Below are positions 36,667 through 46,493 of a DNA stretch of 64,000 bases, one piece after another. Every line of letters starts with the position of its first letter. The first letter of the stretch is position 1. A program made the translations under genes and the position numbers. The stretch covers positions 1-64,000 of the forward strand of contig PSMU01000001.1 of the NCBI GenBank assembly GCA_040290255.1. Direction: 5' to 3'. This DNA is from Nitrososphaerota archaeon (GTDB taxonomy: Archaea; Thermoproteota; Nitrososphaeria; PSMU01). Under the pieces are notes generated by a model. It searched no databases. It saw only the letters and a program-made list of their open reading frames with translations, and was not told the origin of the DNA.

Positions 36667-37070
36667 CAGGCCTTCACCTCCGCCCTCAGCTTGGCAAGCT
36701 TCTCCAGCTTCTCCTTCCTGCGTTTATCCTCCAAGTTCAGCCCCACCAGCGTAACCTTAGATGCGTGTATCCTGATGGGCACCGTCCTGCCCCTGCTGGT
36801 CTGTCTTGTGAGCCCCTCGATCGCGATCCTCCCCTCGCGCACGAAGACCCGCGTGACCTTGCCCTCGAGTCCCTTATAGCCGCCCCTCATGACCTTGACC
36901 GTGTCGCCCGTCCTCACGCGCAGGCTCCTTATGTGATAGGTGGACCTGAGCTCCTTAGAGAGCGGCGCCCTGACCCACTTGCTCTTCTTGTGCAGGGGCG
37001 CCAGCAGCGCCCTCCTCCTAGATTTCGCCGGCTTCGAGGAGAGATCTCTGGGCGTGGGCATGGCGCTCAC
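36666..37070 (-). CDS. rpl24: 50S ribosomal protein uL24
   Basis: APLSKELR..VRTGDTVKVMRG..IHASKV. Confidence 0.96.
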   Translation of the reverse strand: MSAMPTPRDLSSKPAKSRRRALLAPLHKKSKWVRAPLSKELRSTYHIRSLRVRTGDTVKVMRGGYKGLEGKVTRVFVREGRIAIEGLTRQTSRGRTVPIRIHASKVTLVGLNLEDKRRKEKLEKLAKLRAEVKA

Positions 37071-37071
37071 C

Positions 37072-37506
37072 TCAAATGATGATGCTGGCCAGCGCCGCCA
37101 GCCTTGGGAAACGCTGGGCCGCCTCGGCCGCCACGGGGCCCTTGATCTCCGTCCCCTTTAGCTCGCCCTCCGGCGTCAACAGCACGGCCGCGTTATCCTC
37201 AAAGCAGAGCCTCACGCCGCTTCTCCTTCTTATCGGGTACCTCTGCCTGATCACGACCGCCGGGAAGATCTGCTTCCTCAGCTCGGGCGAGCCCTTCTTG
37301 ACCACGGCGATGATCTTATCGCCTACGGAGGCGCTGGGGATCCTCCTGTGGCGGCCCTTGTAGCCAGAAACCTGTATGAGCTGCAGGAGCTTGGCGCCAG
37401 AGTTATCGGCGCATACGAGCAAGGCCTTCATGGGCAGAGCCCTAGTAACATACGGCTTGTACTCCTCGACGCCCTTGGCCGCGACCGCCCTGCTCTTTTT
37501 AGCCAT
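37072..37506 (-). CDS. rpl14: 50S ribosomal protein uL14
   Basis: CADNSGAK, FEDNAAV, KGTEIKGPVA. Confidence 0.97.
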   Translation of the reverse strand: MAKKSRAVAAKGVEEYKPYVTRALPMKALLVCADNSGAKLLQLIQVSGYKGRHRRIPSASVGDKIIAVVKKGSPELRKQIFPAVVIRQRYPIRRRSGVRLCFEDNAAVLLTPEGELKGTEIKGPVAAEAAQRFPRLAALASIII

Positions 37507-37837
37507 GGACCTCGCCCTCCAGCCTGCTCAAGACCACATGGGCCACGGTCTTCGCCAGGGGCCTGCATTCGCCCGCTAGCACTAGGTCGCCTTCCTCGAT
37601 CTCGAGACAGGGCGGCACGTGCACGTGTATCCTGCTCCTCCTTCTCTCATACCTCTGAAACTTCTTGACATAGTGAAGGTAATCCACCTGCATCACCGCC
37701 GTGCGGGGCGCCCTGTACTTTATTATGATGCCGCGCCTCAGCTTGCCCCTGATGGACAGCTTGCCATGGTAGGGGCATTCTGGATCCGAGCAGCTCGCCG
37801 TGGGCGGCTTAACTTCTATGCCTATGTTCCTGGCCAA
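37499..37837 (-). CDS. rps17: 30S ribosomal protein uS17
   Basis: CSDPECPYHG, KFQRYERR, GECRPLAKT. Confidence 0.96.
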   Translation of the reverse strand: MARNIGIEVKPPTASCSDPECPYHGKLSIRGKLRRGIIIKYRAPRTAVMQVDYLHYVKKFQRYERRRSRIHVHVPPCLEIEEGDLVLAGECRPLAKTVAHVVLSRLEGEVHG

Positions 37838-37843
37838 CCCGCC

Positions 37844-38113
37844 TCACCTCAGCATCCTTATGCGATCCTCGGGCCTCCTCAGGAGCGCGGGCCCCTCCAG
37901 CACCACCTCCTCGCCGTCCAGCTCGAAGGAGAGCGTGCAGACCGCCTTTAGAAGGCGCCTCCTGCCGCGCTCCGTCTCAAGCAAGAACGTATTCTTGGTC
38001 TCGTCCACGATTAGGCCCTCTAGGCCCACTAGGGAGGGGTCGCTGGAGTCCGCAACCTTTACCCTAAGCCCTATCAGCTCGTGGGCAACCAGGTTCGCCT
38101 TGCTCCTCCTCAT
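37844..38113 (-). CDS. rnp1: RNase P protein subunit Rpp29/Pop4
   Basis: HELIGL..GLEGLIVDETKNT..RPEDR. Confidence 0.93.
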   Translation of the reverse strand: MRRSKANLVAHELIGLRVKVADSSDPSLVGLEGLIVDETKNTFLLETERGRRRLLKAVCTLSFELDGEEVVLEGPALLRRPEDRIRMLR

Positions 38114-38307
38114 AGCTTTACCCCTTTCTCCCTGAGCAGCGTCAACACCCTCGCTATATCCTTTCTGACGCTCCTCACTTTGCCGCTCTCCTTCCCCAAC
38201 GAGCCTCGCGCCTGCAGGGCCCTAAGCCTCAGCAGCTCCGCCCTAAGGCTCCTCAGCTGCTCCAGCAGCTTCTCCACATCAAGCTTCCTTAGCTCCCTCG
38301 CCTTCAG
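38110..38307 (-). CDS. rpl29: 50S ribosomal protein uL29 (probable CTG start), not in ORF track
   Basis: (M)KARELRKLDVEKLLEQLRSLRAELLRLRALQARGSLGKESGKVRSVRKDIARVLTLLREKGVKL; GAGGTGA SD-like motif 6 nt upstream. Confidence 0.9.
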   Translation of the reverse strand: MKARELRKLDVEKLLEQLRSLRAELLRLRALQARGSLGKESGKVRSVRKDIARVLTLLREKGVKL

Positions 38308-38926
38308 CGGGGCTCACCTCCGTAACGGGCGGCAGGGGTGCCATCTCGAACTCCTTGGGCAGCTTATCCTTGTAGGCTATCGTCACCTTGATGCCGTAGA
38401 GGCCCGGCTTGAGCAGCACGTGTCTGACGGCCGACTTCACGGCCACTTCCCTCGGGTAGCCGCTCTTAGGTATCTCCCCGGCCCTGTACTTCTCAAACCT
38501 GGAGCGCTCGGTCCTCAGCTTGCCCGCGACCCTTATCTCTACGCCCAGCGCCCCGGCCGCCATGATCGTGTTGAGGGCCCAGGTGATCACACGCCTGAAC
38601 GGTACCCCCCTCTCTATCTGCTGGGCGATCCTATTGGCCATCACCCGCGGCTCTAGCTCCGGTACGGGCACGTCCACGACTGAAATGTAGATGGGCTTGT
38701 CCAGCTTGAACCTCTGGTTTATCTTATCCGTCAGCTCCTTTATGCCGAAGCCCCTTCTGCCAATGACGAGCCCGGGCTTCGCTACGTAGAGGGTGACATT
38801 GATGTTGAGCGCCCTCCTTTCTACGTCTAGGCCCAGGTAATCGGCGCTGCCGAGCTCCTCGCTGAAGTACTCATCGAGCTGCCGCAGCAGGTCGTAGGAG
38901 TTAAGCACGTGCTTGACGTAGCTCAT
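38279..38926 (-). CDS. rps3: 30S ribosomal protein uS3
   Basis: KPGLVIGRRG KH domain, GALGVEIRVAGKL, GLYGIKV. Confidence 0.96.
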   Translation of the reverse strand: MSYVKHVLNSYDLLRQLDEYFSEELGSADYLGLDVERRALNINVTLYVAKPGLVIGRRGFGIKELTDKINQRFKLDKPIYISVVDVPVPELEPRVMANRIAQQIERGVPFRRVITWALNTIMAAGALGVEIRVAGKLRTERSRFEKYRAGEIPKSGYPREVAVKSAVRHVLLKPGLYGIKVTIAYKDKLPKEFEMAPLPPVTEVSPAEGEGAKEA

Positions 38927-39393
38927 GCCTTGGCGGCCTCCTGAGCCACCAGCTCCACGTGCACCAGCGCGCGGTTCCTAGGCGAGGAACGGCCGAAGGC
39001 CCTGGGCTGAAACCTCTTCAGCTTAACGCCGGGGTAGGCGGCCGCGTGCACGATCAGCAGCCTTTCCGGGCTCAGGCCCTTATAATCGGCGACGGCCTCA
39101 AGGTTATCGAGCAGCCCCAACAGCTTCTTGGCCACTTTTTGCGGGAAAGCTCCGCTATGAAAGCCCTCTAGGCCCCTCCTGTGGCTTCCCTCCTTCTTAT
39201 AGCGCCTAAAGGCGATCGGCCTCCTCAGCCTTAGCACCTCCTCCAGCAGCGCCCTGGCCCTGTCGAGGCTCAGGCCCTTTAGGGCCCGACAAACCTCCCT
39301 CGCATCCTTAGGGCTGATATCGACCTCCCTAAGGCTAACCCTCACCTGGGTCGAAGGGTCATAACCCTGGTAAGCATAACCAAATTCCGGCAC
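38923..39393 (-). CDS. rpl22: 50S ribosomal protein uL22
   Basis: ISPKDAREVC, PRAFGRSSP, HVELV; start moved to GTG 39393. Confidence 0.94.
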   Translation of the reverse strand: MPEFGYAYQGYDPSTQVRVSLREVDISPKDAREVCRALKGLSLDRARALLEEVLRLRRPIAFRRYKKEGSHRRGLEGFHSGAFPQKVAKKLLGLLDNLEAVADYKGLSPERLLIVHAAAYPGVKLKRFQPRAFGRSSPRNRALVHVELVAQEAAKA

Positions 39394-39413
39394 GCGGTTC
39401 GCACGAAGCTGTC

Positions 39414-39456
39414 CATATTTAAGTGTTCGAGCACGCATAGAAACCTATTTTAAATG
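39414..39456. promoter_or_regulatory. Bidirectional promoter for the uL22 and uL3 operons
   Basis: AT-rich boxes at about 39417-39423 (minus) and 39448-39455 (plus), each about 25 nt from a GTG start. Confidence 0.6.
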
Positions 39457-39479
39457 CCCTAAGCCTCAGCACCCGCGCC

Positions 39480-40466
39480 GTGGGCCGCAGAAAGCATAAC
39501 GCGCCGAGAAGGGGATCCATGGGGTTCTATCCCAGGAAGAGAAAGGGAAGGCTATTGCCAAAAATAAGGTTCTGGCCTTCAAGTCCCCGGGCGGGCCTGC
39601 TGGGCTTTATCGTCTATAAGGCCGGGATGCTACACCTTATAGCCGAGGGCGATATCCCCAACACGCCGGATTACGGCAAGCCGCTGATGAAGGCGGCCAC
39701 CGTGGTGAGCGCGCCCAACCTTTATGTCATAGGCCTCAGGGCCTATGCCAACTCCCCTCGCGGCCTGCGCTGCGTAGCCGAGGTCTGGGCGTCCGAGCTG
39801 CCCAAGCAGCTCACGAGGAAGATAAGGGTGAATGCCCAGAAGGCCTCCTCTCATCTGCCCTCGCTCGAGGCCCATTTGGATAAGATCTCCGAGGTCAGGG
39901 CCCTTGTGGCTAGCTTCCCGAGCGAGGCGGGGCTGTCGCAGAAGAAACCCTTTATACTGGAGGTGGGCATAGGGGGAACGATAAAGGAGGCGCTCGAGTT
40001 CGCGAAGGGGCTCCTCGGCAAGTCGGTGAGCATCGATCAGGTGCTTAAGCCAGGGGAGTACGTGGATGTGATAGGCGTCACGAAGGGCAAGGGAGTTCAG
40101 GGGCCCGTGAAGAGGTTCGGCATCAGGAGGAAGGAGCATAAGGCCCGGAAGAGCGTGAGGGCGGTGGGCAGCATAGGCCCCATAAGGCCTGCAAACGTCA
40201 TGTTCACCGTGCCCAGGGCAGGGCAGATGGGCTTTCATCAGCGCACGGAATTTAATAAGCGCGTGCTGCTGGTTGGAGAGGCGGGCGACAGTAACGTCAT
40301 GCCGCCTGGCGGCTTCTTCCACTTTGGCCTCCTGAAGGCGAAGTATGCCGTCATCGAGGGCTCCCTGCCGGGCCCGCCCAAGCGGGTCCTCTTGATAAGG
40401 AAGGCCGTCAGGATGGCGGAGCAGCCCGAGGCGCCTAAGGTCTTGACCATCGTGGCCAGGAGATGA
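39480..40466 (+). CDS. rpl3: 50S ribosomal protein uL3
   Basis: APRRGSMGFYPRKR, YKAGM, TKGKGVQGPVKRFG, PRAGQMGFHQRTE. Confidence 0.97.
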   Translation: MGRRKHNAPRRGSMGFYPRKRKGRLLPKIRFWPSSPRAGLLGFIVYKAGMLHLIAEGDIPNTPDYGKPLMKAATVVSAPNLYVIGLRAYANSPRGLRCVAEVWASELPKQLTRKIRVNAQKASSHLPSLEAHLDKISEVRALVASFPSEAGLSQKKPFILEVGIGGTIKEALEFAKGLLGKSVSIDQVLKPGEYVDVIGVTKGKGVQGPVKRFGIRRKEHKARKSVRAVGSIGPIRPANVMFTVPRAGQMGFHQRTEFNKRVLLVGEAGDSNVMPPGGFFHFGLLKAKYAVIEGSLPGPPKRVLLIRKAVRMAEQPEAPKVLTIVARR

Positions 40467-40729
40467 GCGAAGCCAGCGCCTTCAAGGTGATCATCAGGCC
40501 GCATGTGAGCGAGAAGGCCTTCTCGCTCATCCAGAACCAGAACACGCTCACCTTCATAGCCCACCGTGAGGCGAACAAGGCCAGCATAAAGCAGGCCGTC
40601 GAGGCACTCTATGGCGTAAAGGTGAAGCGCGTGAGGGTGGCCATAACGCCGCAGGGCAAGAAGGCCTACGTTACGCTCAGCGAGGGCTTTTCGGCCAGCG
40701 ACGTAGCCTCTAAGATAGGAATACTGTAG
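40463..40729 (+). CDS. rpl23: 50S ribosomal protein uL23
   Basis: PHVSEKA..NTLTF..IKQAVE.LYGVKV..KKAYVTL. Confidence 0.95.
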   Translation: MSEASAFKVIIRPHVSEKAFSLIQNQNTLTFIAHREANKASIKQAVEALYGVKVKRVRVAITPQGKKAYVTLSEGFSASDVASKIGIL

Positions 40730-40775
40730 GGAAGGACGAAAGTCTTTTTAACGGCGGGACCCTGTGTTTGGCCGG

Positions 40776-41171
40776 ATGGTAAAGGAGTTTAGGTATAGAG
40801 GGGTTCCCTTCGAGGCGCTAAAGCAGATGAGCTTCGAAGAGCTCATAAAGCTGCTTCCCTCAAGGGGGAGAAGGAGCCTGCTAAGGGGCCTCAGCGAGGA
40901 GAAGATAAAGCTCCTCGAGAAGGTGAAGGAGGCCGCCACGAACGGCGCCAGCAAGCCCATCAGGACGCACCTAAGGGATATGATCGTACTCCCCATAATG
41001 GTCGGGCTCACCATACATGTGCATAACGGAAAGGAGTTCGTGCCCATCGAAATAAAGCCTGGGATGATAGGGCACTACTTAGGCGAATACGCGATAACCA
41101 ACAAGAAGGTGGTGCACGGCACCCCCGGCATAGGCGCCAGCAAGTCCTCGCTCTACGTGCCGCTCAAGTAG
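40776..41171 (+). CDS. rps19: 30S ribosomal protein uS19
   Basis: [32 protein letters not shown]. Confidence 0.96.
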   Translation: MVKEFRYRGVPFEALKQMSFEELIKLLPSRGRRSLLRGLSEEKIKLLEKVKEAATNGASKPIRTHLRDMIVLPIMVGLTIHVHNGKEFVPIEIKPGMIGHYLGEYAITNKKVVHGTPGIGASKSSLYVPLK

Positions 41172-41175
41172 GCGC

Positions 41176-41838
41176 CTACAGCTGAGCCTGCCTGGGCGAG
41201 GAGCGATAGGGAGATTTTAGTACTTCTTCTATGCGCTGTGCCTTCTTCAGGCCCAGGCCCTGGATCCTAGAAAGGGCCAGCTTGCCGGCGTTGAAGACGG
41301 CCAAGGGCGTGCCGAACGTCTCCAGGAGCCGCTCGGCCAGCTTGGGCCCCACGCCGGGGAGCACACCGACCAGCCCCAGCTGTAATAGCGCCAAGTCCTC
41401 CCCCTTCCTAACCCTGGGCAGAGGCGGCCTCGCTTCCCGCGGCCTTCTGCTCTGCTCGACCATGAGCCTGATATATTCGGCCGTCTGCTCCCTGTCCTTC
41501 GAGGGTATGATGGCCAGCCGGTAGGAAATGGCCAGGCTCGTTATGGCCCCCAAGAAGGGCCTTACGTTATCAGCGGATTCCTCCAGCTCCGCTAGGTCCC
41601 CCTCAAGAATCAAAACCGGCTTTGCATAGTAGCTGGTGAGCGAGCTCGCCTGCGAAAACAGCCTGCCGTCGTATATAGAGAGCTGGAAGTCCCTTACGGT
41701 CTTCCTCTCGACGCCTATCTCTGGCGTGACGACGTAGTCCCCCACGTCCAGCAGCGCGTACTCCACGGGCACGCCCAGCGATAAGAGCAGCTCGGGCACC
41801 CCCGAGCCCCTCTCCCTCTCATCCACCACCACGCTCAT
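41176..41838 (-). CDS. xpf: XPF/ERCC4 structure-specific nuclease (short form)
   Basis: VDERE, GDY, ERKT..D, DGRL, two HhH motifs. Confidence 0.93.
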   Translation of the reverse strand: MSVVVDERERGSGVPELLLSLGVPVEYALLDVGDYVVTPEIGVERKTVRDFQLSIYDGRLFSQASSLTSYYAKPVLILEGDLAELEESADNVRPFLGAITSLAISYRLAIIPSKDREQTAEYIRLMVEQSRRPREARPPLPRVRKGEDLALLQLGLVGVLPGVGPKLAERLLETFGTPLAVFNAGKLALSRIQGLGLKKAQRIEEVLKSPYRSSPRQAQL

Positions 41839-41894
41839 GCGGCCGCTTAGGCCAATGAATCGAGCGTCGGTATAAGCTTAGCCCTGATGTACCG

Positions 41895-42254
41895 CTATGA
41901 GGGAGGGGGCGCCTTGAGCGCCTCTTGAATCTTGGCCTCCAATTCTTTTAGGCTTTCCCTAACCTTGGCCTCCTGCTTACTCAGGATAATGGCCCTGGCG
42001 TTAGTTAATTCCTTCCTCTCCTCCAGCTCTTTAGTCAGGGCCTCCTTATTTGACTTGATTAGCAGAGGGCCCACCGCCTTAAAGACCTGGTCCGAATCCC
42101 CGAGCTCCTTGAGCTGCGCGAGGGCCCTCTCCAGCTCGCTCAGCTCACTCTCCAGCTGCTGCCTCTGCAGCTGAAGCGTCTGAAGGGTCTGCTGCAGCTG
42201 TGCGTAGCGGGCCAGCTGTTCCCTTACCCAAGGAGGCAGCTCAGCTTCGCTCAC
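41895..42254 (-). CDS. pfdB: Prefoldin beta subunit
   Basis: LPPWVREQL..coiled coil..VFKAVGPLLIK; start GTG 42254. Confidence 0.93.
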   Translation of the reverse strand: MSEAELPPWVREQLARYAQLQQTLQTLQLQRQQLESELSELERALAQLKELGDSDQVFKAVGPLLIKSNKEALTKELEERKELTNARAIILSKQEAKVRESLKELEAKIQEALKAPPPS

Positions 42255-42567
42255 GCTTGGCCTGGATTTCGGGCAGGGCCTTAAAAGCTTTGGCCGAGCC
42301 CTGTTCTCCCCCCTCCATTGAAAAGATCTCAAGCACGCACCTTATCAGGCCGCTGTAGGCCCTCAGCAGCGACCTAAGCTTCGGAAGGCTATCCGCGCCG
42401 AGATTAATCCGTAGGTGGGCGCCTCGCCGCTCTAAGCGCGCCCAGGTCCCCCTCCTTGACCTCACGCCCGGCAACGCCAGCGCGCCCAGCAGCAGCGAGC
42501 TAAGCCGTGGCCCAAGCTCCAGGCTCAGCTCACAGAAGGCGGGCGGCCGAGGTTCATCACGGCTCAT
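42241..42567 (-). CDS. pcc1: KEOPS complex Pcc1-like subunit
   Basis: LRINLGADSLPKLRSLLRAY resembles the Pcc1 motif; conserved position between eL43 and pfdB. Confidence 0.65.
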   Translation of the reverse strand: MSRDEPRPPAFCELSLELGPRLSSLLLGALALPGVRSRRGTWARLERRGAHLRINLGADSLPKLRSLLRAYSGLIRCVLEIFSMEGGEQGSAKAFKALPEIQAKRERS

Positions 42568-42769
42568 ACGCGTTACCGGCCAGCTTCAGGCCACAGTGGG
42601 GACAGGCCCAGATCCCGTTGGCGATCCGAGAGAAGCCCCTGCGGCTGCAGGAGGGGCACCTTCTCCTCCTGTGTAGTAAAAGGTAAATGCTGACGAACTT
42701 CTTCCTCAGCGTCGAGCCATACTTAGCTCGCAGCTGGCCTAGCGTCGTCTTCGCCCTTGCCGCGGACAC
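42557..42769 (-). CDS. rpl37ae: 50S ribosomal protein eL43 (L37ae)
   Basis: KYGSTLRK, CPSC..GIWACPHC..AGNAY. Confidence 0.92.
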   Translation of the reverse strand: MSAARAKTTLGQLRAKYGSTLRKKFVSIYLLLHRRRRCPSCSRRGFSRIANGIWACPHCGLKLAGNAYEP

Positions 42770-43595
42770 GCTCTATCACCTCCCTCAGCCTTGCCCTTAT
42801 CTCCCTTCCCTTCTCCACCGCCCTATCGCTCAGGCTCTTAAGCTCATCGAGCGTCCAGGCGCCCCCGTGCCCCTTTTGCGCCGCACAGAGGTTATCGTGG
42901 CTGTCGGTCACAAGCGTGAGCGCCGCGTCCATCAGCGCCTCCTCCTCCGAGGAGGGGTCGACGATCACCACATCCCCTATTTTGGCGAAGGTCACGGAGA
43001 CCGGCAGCACGTTCACCCTAAGAAAGGCGGTCTCGTTGGTCCTCTCCGCGGAGCCGCCCTCCTTCGCCTTATACACGGGCACCTTGGCCGTGGCCAGGGC
43101 CAGAACGCTCGCATAAGAGGAGGCATCCTTGAGGTTGCCGTCCATATCGAGGACGCTGATGTCCACGTAGAGGCCCAGCACCTGTTTCCCGGGCACGATG
43201 GCCAGCTCGCTCAGCGGTATCATGCCCGTCTCCCTTATTCCCCTATCCACCACGCGCGCCAGCTCTATGGCGTTCTCATCCGGGGGCCCTGGCTCGAAGT
43301 AGGGCGAGGCCAGCGGCAAGATCTCAGCGTTGACGATGAGCACGCCCTCGTTGGGCGTATCGGAGAAGGGCGGCATCGTGGTAGTCTTCACGCCCGCGAT
43401 CACGTGCGTATTTCCGAGCCTAACCCGGGCCGAGCCTTGAGCCTTCTCTATCACATTCACCTCAAAGGAGAGGCTCCTGTAGTCCAGCAGCCCGCGGCCG
43501 TCCAGGCGCTTGCCCTCGAGCAGCAGCTCGGATAGCTTTGCCCTTCGGACCTCCTCGACTATTATGTGCCTCTTGGCCCTCGATAGGCCGGACAT
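42723..43595 (-). CDS. rrp42: Exosome complex component Rrp42
   Basis: RLDGRGLLDYR, KAQGSA, FEPGPPDENAIELARVVDRGIRE. Confidence 0.96.
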   Translation of the reverse strand: MSGLSRAKRHIIVEEVRRAKLSELLLEGKRLDGRGLLDYRSLSFEVNVIEKAQGSARVRLGNTHVIAGVKTTTMPPFSDTPNEGVLIVNAEILPLASPYFEPGPPDENAIELARVVDRGIRETGMIPLSELAIVPGKQVLGLYVDISVLDMDGNLKDASSYASVLALATAKVPVYKAKEGGSAERTNETAFLRVNVLPVSVTFAKIGDVVIVDPSSEEEALMDAALTLVTDSHDNLCAAQKGHGGAWTLDELKSLSDRAVEKGREIRARLREVIERVRGKGEDDARPAAS

Positions 43596-44302
43596 TATGC
43601 CTCACCGTACCTCTTCAGCAGCGCCTCGCGCTGCTTCTGATGTATCTTCAGGCAGGCCTCGATTGCCAGGTCCAGCGCCCTCTTGAATTCGTCCGGGCTA
43701 AGCCTACCATCCAGCTGCAGCAGCGTAATGCGGCCTAAGTTGGGCATGTAGGCCACCGGCATATCTGCCTCGCCGAGCTTGTCCTCCATATCGTTGAGGT
43801 CGACGACGAGCCTCCCATTCACCTTGCCCACCGCACAGCCCACCACCAAGTCCCTCATGGATATCCCCGCGTCGGCAAGGGCCAGCGAAGCGGCCGTTAT
43901 GGCGGCGCCCCTAGAACCGCCATCGCTCTGTAGCACTTCCATGTAGACGTCTATGGCCGTCCTAGGATACTCCTCCAGCAAGAGCGCTGGCTCCAGCGCC
44001 TCCCTCACTACCTTGGAGATCTCTATCTCACGCCTTGAAGGGGCCGGCGCCTTTCTCTCATCAACCGAGAAAGGGGCCATATGGTACCTGCACCTGAGCA
44101 GGGCCCTATCGGGCAGGGTCTCGTGCCTCGGATGTACCTCCTTGGGCCCATATACCGCGACCATGATCTTATTCTTGCCCTGCTCTATGTAGGCCGATCC
44201 GTCCGCGTTACTGAGCACGCCGACTTCTAACTTAAGCGGCCTTAGCTCGTTCCAGAGCCGCCCGTCCAGCCTCCTGCCCTCCTCGGTAATCAGCGTTGTC
44301 AT
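43595..44302 (-). CDS. rrp41: Exosome complex exonuclease Rrp41
   Basis: [35 protein letters not shown]. Confidence 0.97.
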   Translation of the reverse strand: MTTLITEEGRRLDGRLWNELRPLKLEVGVLSNADGSAYIEQGKNKIMVAVYGPKEVHPRHETLPDRALLRCRYHMAPFSVDERKAPAPSRREIEISKVVREALEPALLLEEYPRTAIDVYMEVLQSDGGSRGAAITAASLALADAGISMRDLVVGCAVGKVNGRLVVDLNDMEDKLGEADMPVAYMPNLGRITLLQLDGRLSPDEFKRALDLAIEACLKIHQKQREALLKRYGEA

Positions 44303-44964
44303 CCCTCCACCCCCAGCATCTCCTTCGTCCTCCCCACTAGGTCCGTAGAGTAAATGTCCAGCTCGAGAGCCTTAAGGATCCTCATCGCCCTCAGTACCCC
44401 ATCGGGCGGACCGCTAATAACGATTAGGCCGTTCTGCCCAGCCTTTATGTCGGTGCCCGTTGCCTTTCTTATCAGATCCATCAGCGAGCCCCGCCGGCCT
44501 ATGAGCCTCGGCATGCTCATGGGGTTCACACGGAGCAGCTCCCCCTCCTTTATCTTCCCCATCCCCCTGCCCCTCAGCGTCAACTGAGGGTCCCTGGTGC
44601 GATCGTGTGCCATCACCTTGGCATAGACCAGGTCGCCCAAGTTAAGCGAGAACTCCTGCCGTCGGTCATGCCATGCCTCCCTCAGGGGAAGGAAGGCAGG
44701 ACGCGGGGCGTTGATGTCCAGCTCCCAGCCGAAGGGCGAGACGTCTATCACCTTGCCCACCACCCTATCCCCCACCCTTGGGATGTAGGGTCCCTTTATG
44801 GGCAGAACGACGTAGGTATCTCCCCTGCGCTCCAGAAAACCGAGCCTGGTCGCGATGAGCCTGCCGCCCTCCAGCAGCAGGTACTGTCCCGCCCTCCTCT
44901 GCCTCGCCGAGACCACGTCGCCCGGCAACACCAGCTTCCTGGCTGGGGCCTGGGGCCTGCTCAT
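44299..44964 (-). CDS. rrp4: Exosome RNA-binding protein Rrp4
   Basis: [12 protein letters not shown]1 domain, [15 protein letters not shown] domain. Confidence 0.93.
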   Translation of the reverse strand: MSRPQAPARKLVLPGDVVSARQRRAGQYLLLEGGRLIATRLGFLERRGDTYVVLPIKGPYIPRVGDRVVGKVIDVSPFGWELDINAPRPAFLPLREAWHDRRQEFSLNLGDLVYAKVMAHDRTRDPQLTLRGRGMGKIKEGELLRVNPMSMPRLIGRRGSLMDLIRKATGTDIKAGQNGLIVISGPPDGVLRAMRILKALELDIYSTDLVGRTKEMLGVEG

Positions 44965-45650
44965 TTCTCCACCCTTATCTCGGCCGTGCCCTTGGTGAGC
45001 GAGGCCAGCCTATTGAACAGGCCCTCTTGGACGCCGGGGGGTATCTCGACCTCCGCCTCAAGCGAGCCGTCGGCCCTCCATTCGCTCTTCAGCACTTCCG
45101 ACATTTCCTTTATGATCCTGTACGCATTTGAGCTGTACTGTGCCCCCACGCGTATCTTCAGCCTGAGCCTTTCGCTCTTCAGGGGCAGAATGGGCCTCAG
45201 CTTCTCGACGATCCCCTTAAGCTGCTCCTCTGCCGGCTTGAAGGGATCTATTGAAACGTGCGCCTGATCGAGCGCCTGCTCCACCCTCAGCGGCGGATGA
45301 GGGTGACCCGTCTGGGGATCGACGAAGTTCCTTGAGATGGCGTTAACGATCTGCTTCCTCTTCTCCTCAATCAGCCTTCTCCTCTGTTCGGCCGTTATCT
45401 GCAGCTCCCCCTTGCTAAGGATCTCCGCGGCCACCTTGAGGGCCTCCTCGCTCTTGAAGTACTTTCTCAGCTTTTCGCTGCTCGCCTTCAGACCCCTCGA
45501 CGCGTCCGAGTAAATTATATCCGAGGCCAGGACCTTCTCGATTGAGATCGGGCGGCCGAGTTTGTAGTTAAGCGCCTCTTCAGGCCTGACCAGTATCTCA
45601 AACCTCTCGCCGCCTATCGTTAGGCGCGCAACGGTGAACTTGGAGGACAT
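44961..45650 (-). CDS. Ribosome maturation factor SBDS/Sdo1
   Basis: [27 protein letters not shown]. Confidence 0.95.
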   Translation of the reverse strand: MSSKFTVARLTIGGERFEILVRPEEALNYKLGRPISIEKVLASDIIYSDASRGLKASSEKLRKYFKSEEALKVAAEILSKGELQITAEQRRRLIEEKRKQIVNAISRNFVDPQTGHPHPPLRVEQALDQAHVSIDPFKPAEEQLKGIVEKLRPILPLKSERLRLKIRVGAQYSSNAYRIIKEMSEVLKSEWRADGSLEAEVEIPPGVQEGLFNRLASLTKGTAEIRVEK

Positions 45651-45702
45651 TCAATTCCCCTTCGGTCATACGAGGGACGTGTTAAAATATGTTTGCAAGA
45701 GA

Positions 45703-46440
45703 TCAGCCCTTGGGGCTGGAGAGGGCCTTCTTGGCCTCCTCCGCCACTCTCTTCACCTCCTCCTCCTCCGCCATCTTGAAGGCCCTATCCTTGCTCGAGA
45801 TGTAGGCCAGCCTTATGTGCTTGATCCCGACCTTATCTTCGCTCACCAAGTATATACACTGCACCGCCAGCACCTTAGCCTGCTCCAGCGTCATGTCGGG
45901 CCTATAGTTCTTCTCCAAGAACTCCATCACCTGGTCCGAGCCCCCTCCTATAGAAACCGCATCATAGCTGGCATAGGTGCCGCTGGGCTCCACTTGGTAT
46001 ACCGCGGGCCCGTTGGAGTCCACCCCGGCGATGATGATCGCCACGCCGAAGGGCCTCACGCCCCCATACTGCGTGAACTGCTGGCAGAGGTCGGCTATGC
46101 TCTTCGTCACCGTGCTTATCTCCACGGGCTCATCATAGAGCAACCGATTCGTCTGGGCCACCCAGCGCGCGTTATCTATATGCAATCTGGCGTCGGGTAT
46201 ATAGCCTGACGCCGTCGCCGCTATGTGCGTGTCTATCTGGAAGATCTTCTGGCTGAAGGTGGCGCTTTGAAGGGGCCTGAGCTTCTCCTCGGCCGCCAGG
46301 ACCACGCCATCCCTGCACTTTATGGCCAGGGCTATGCTCCCCCTTCTGACCGTCTCCATAGCGTACTCCACTTGGTAGAGGCGTCCATCGGGCCCAAAGA
46401 GGGTTACCGTCCTATCATAGCCGGCGGTCTGTGGTAGCAT
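45703..46440 (-). CDS. psmA: Proteasome alpha subunit
   Basis: GYDRTVTLFGPDGRLYQVEYA, TQYGGVRPFG. Confidence 0.97.
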   Translation of the reverse strand: MLPQTAGYDRTVTLFGPDGRLYQVEYAMETVRRGSIALAIKCRDGVVLAAEEKLRPLQSATFSQKIFQIDTHIAATASGYIPDARLHIDNARWVAQTNRLLYDEPVEISTVTKSIADLCQQFTQYGGVRPFGVAIIIAGVDSNGPAVYQVEPSGTYASYDAVSIGGGSDQVMEFLEKNYRPDMTLEQAKVLAVQCIYLVSEDKVGIKHIRLAYISSKDRAFKMAEEEEVKRVAEEAKKALSSPKG

Positions 46441-46493
46441 GCTGTCAGGCCCGCATCCTACGAACTTATTAAGTTAAAGGCCCTGTCGTCTAC

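Noticed and set aside
29285-38656. Long plus-strand ORFs (e.g. 29285-30088, 32340-33074, 35905-36879) and similar overlapping ORFs elsewhere
   Set aside because: They are antisense or shifted shadows of real genes caused by high GC3 and carry no recognisable motifs.
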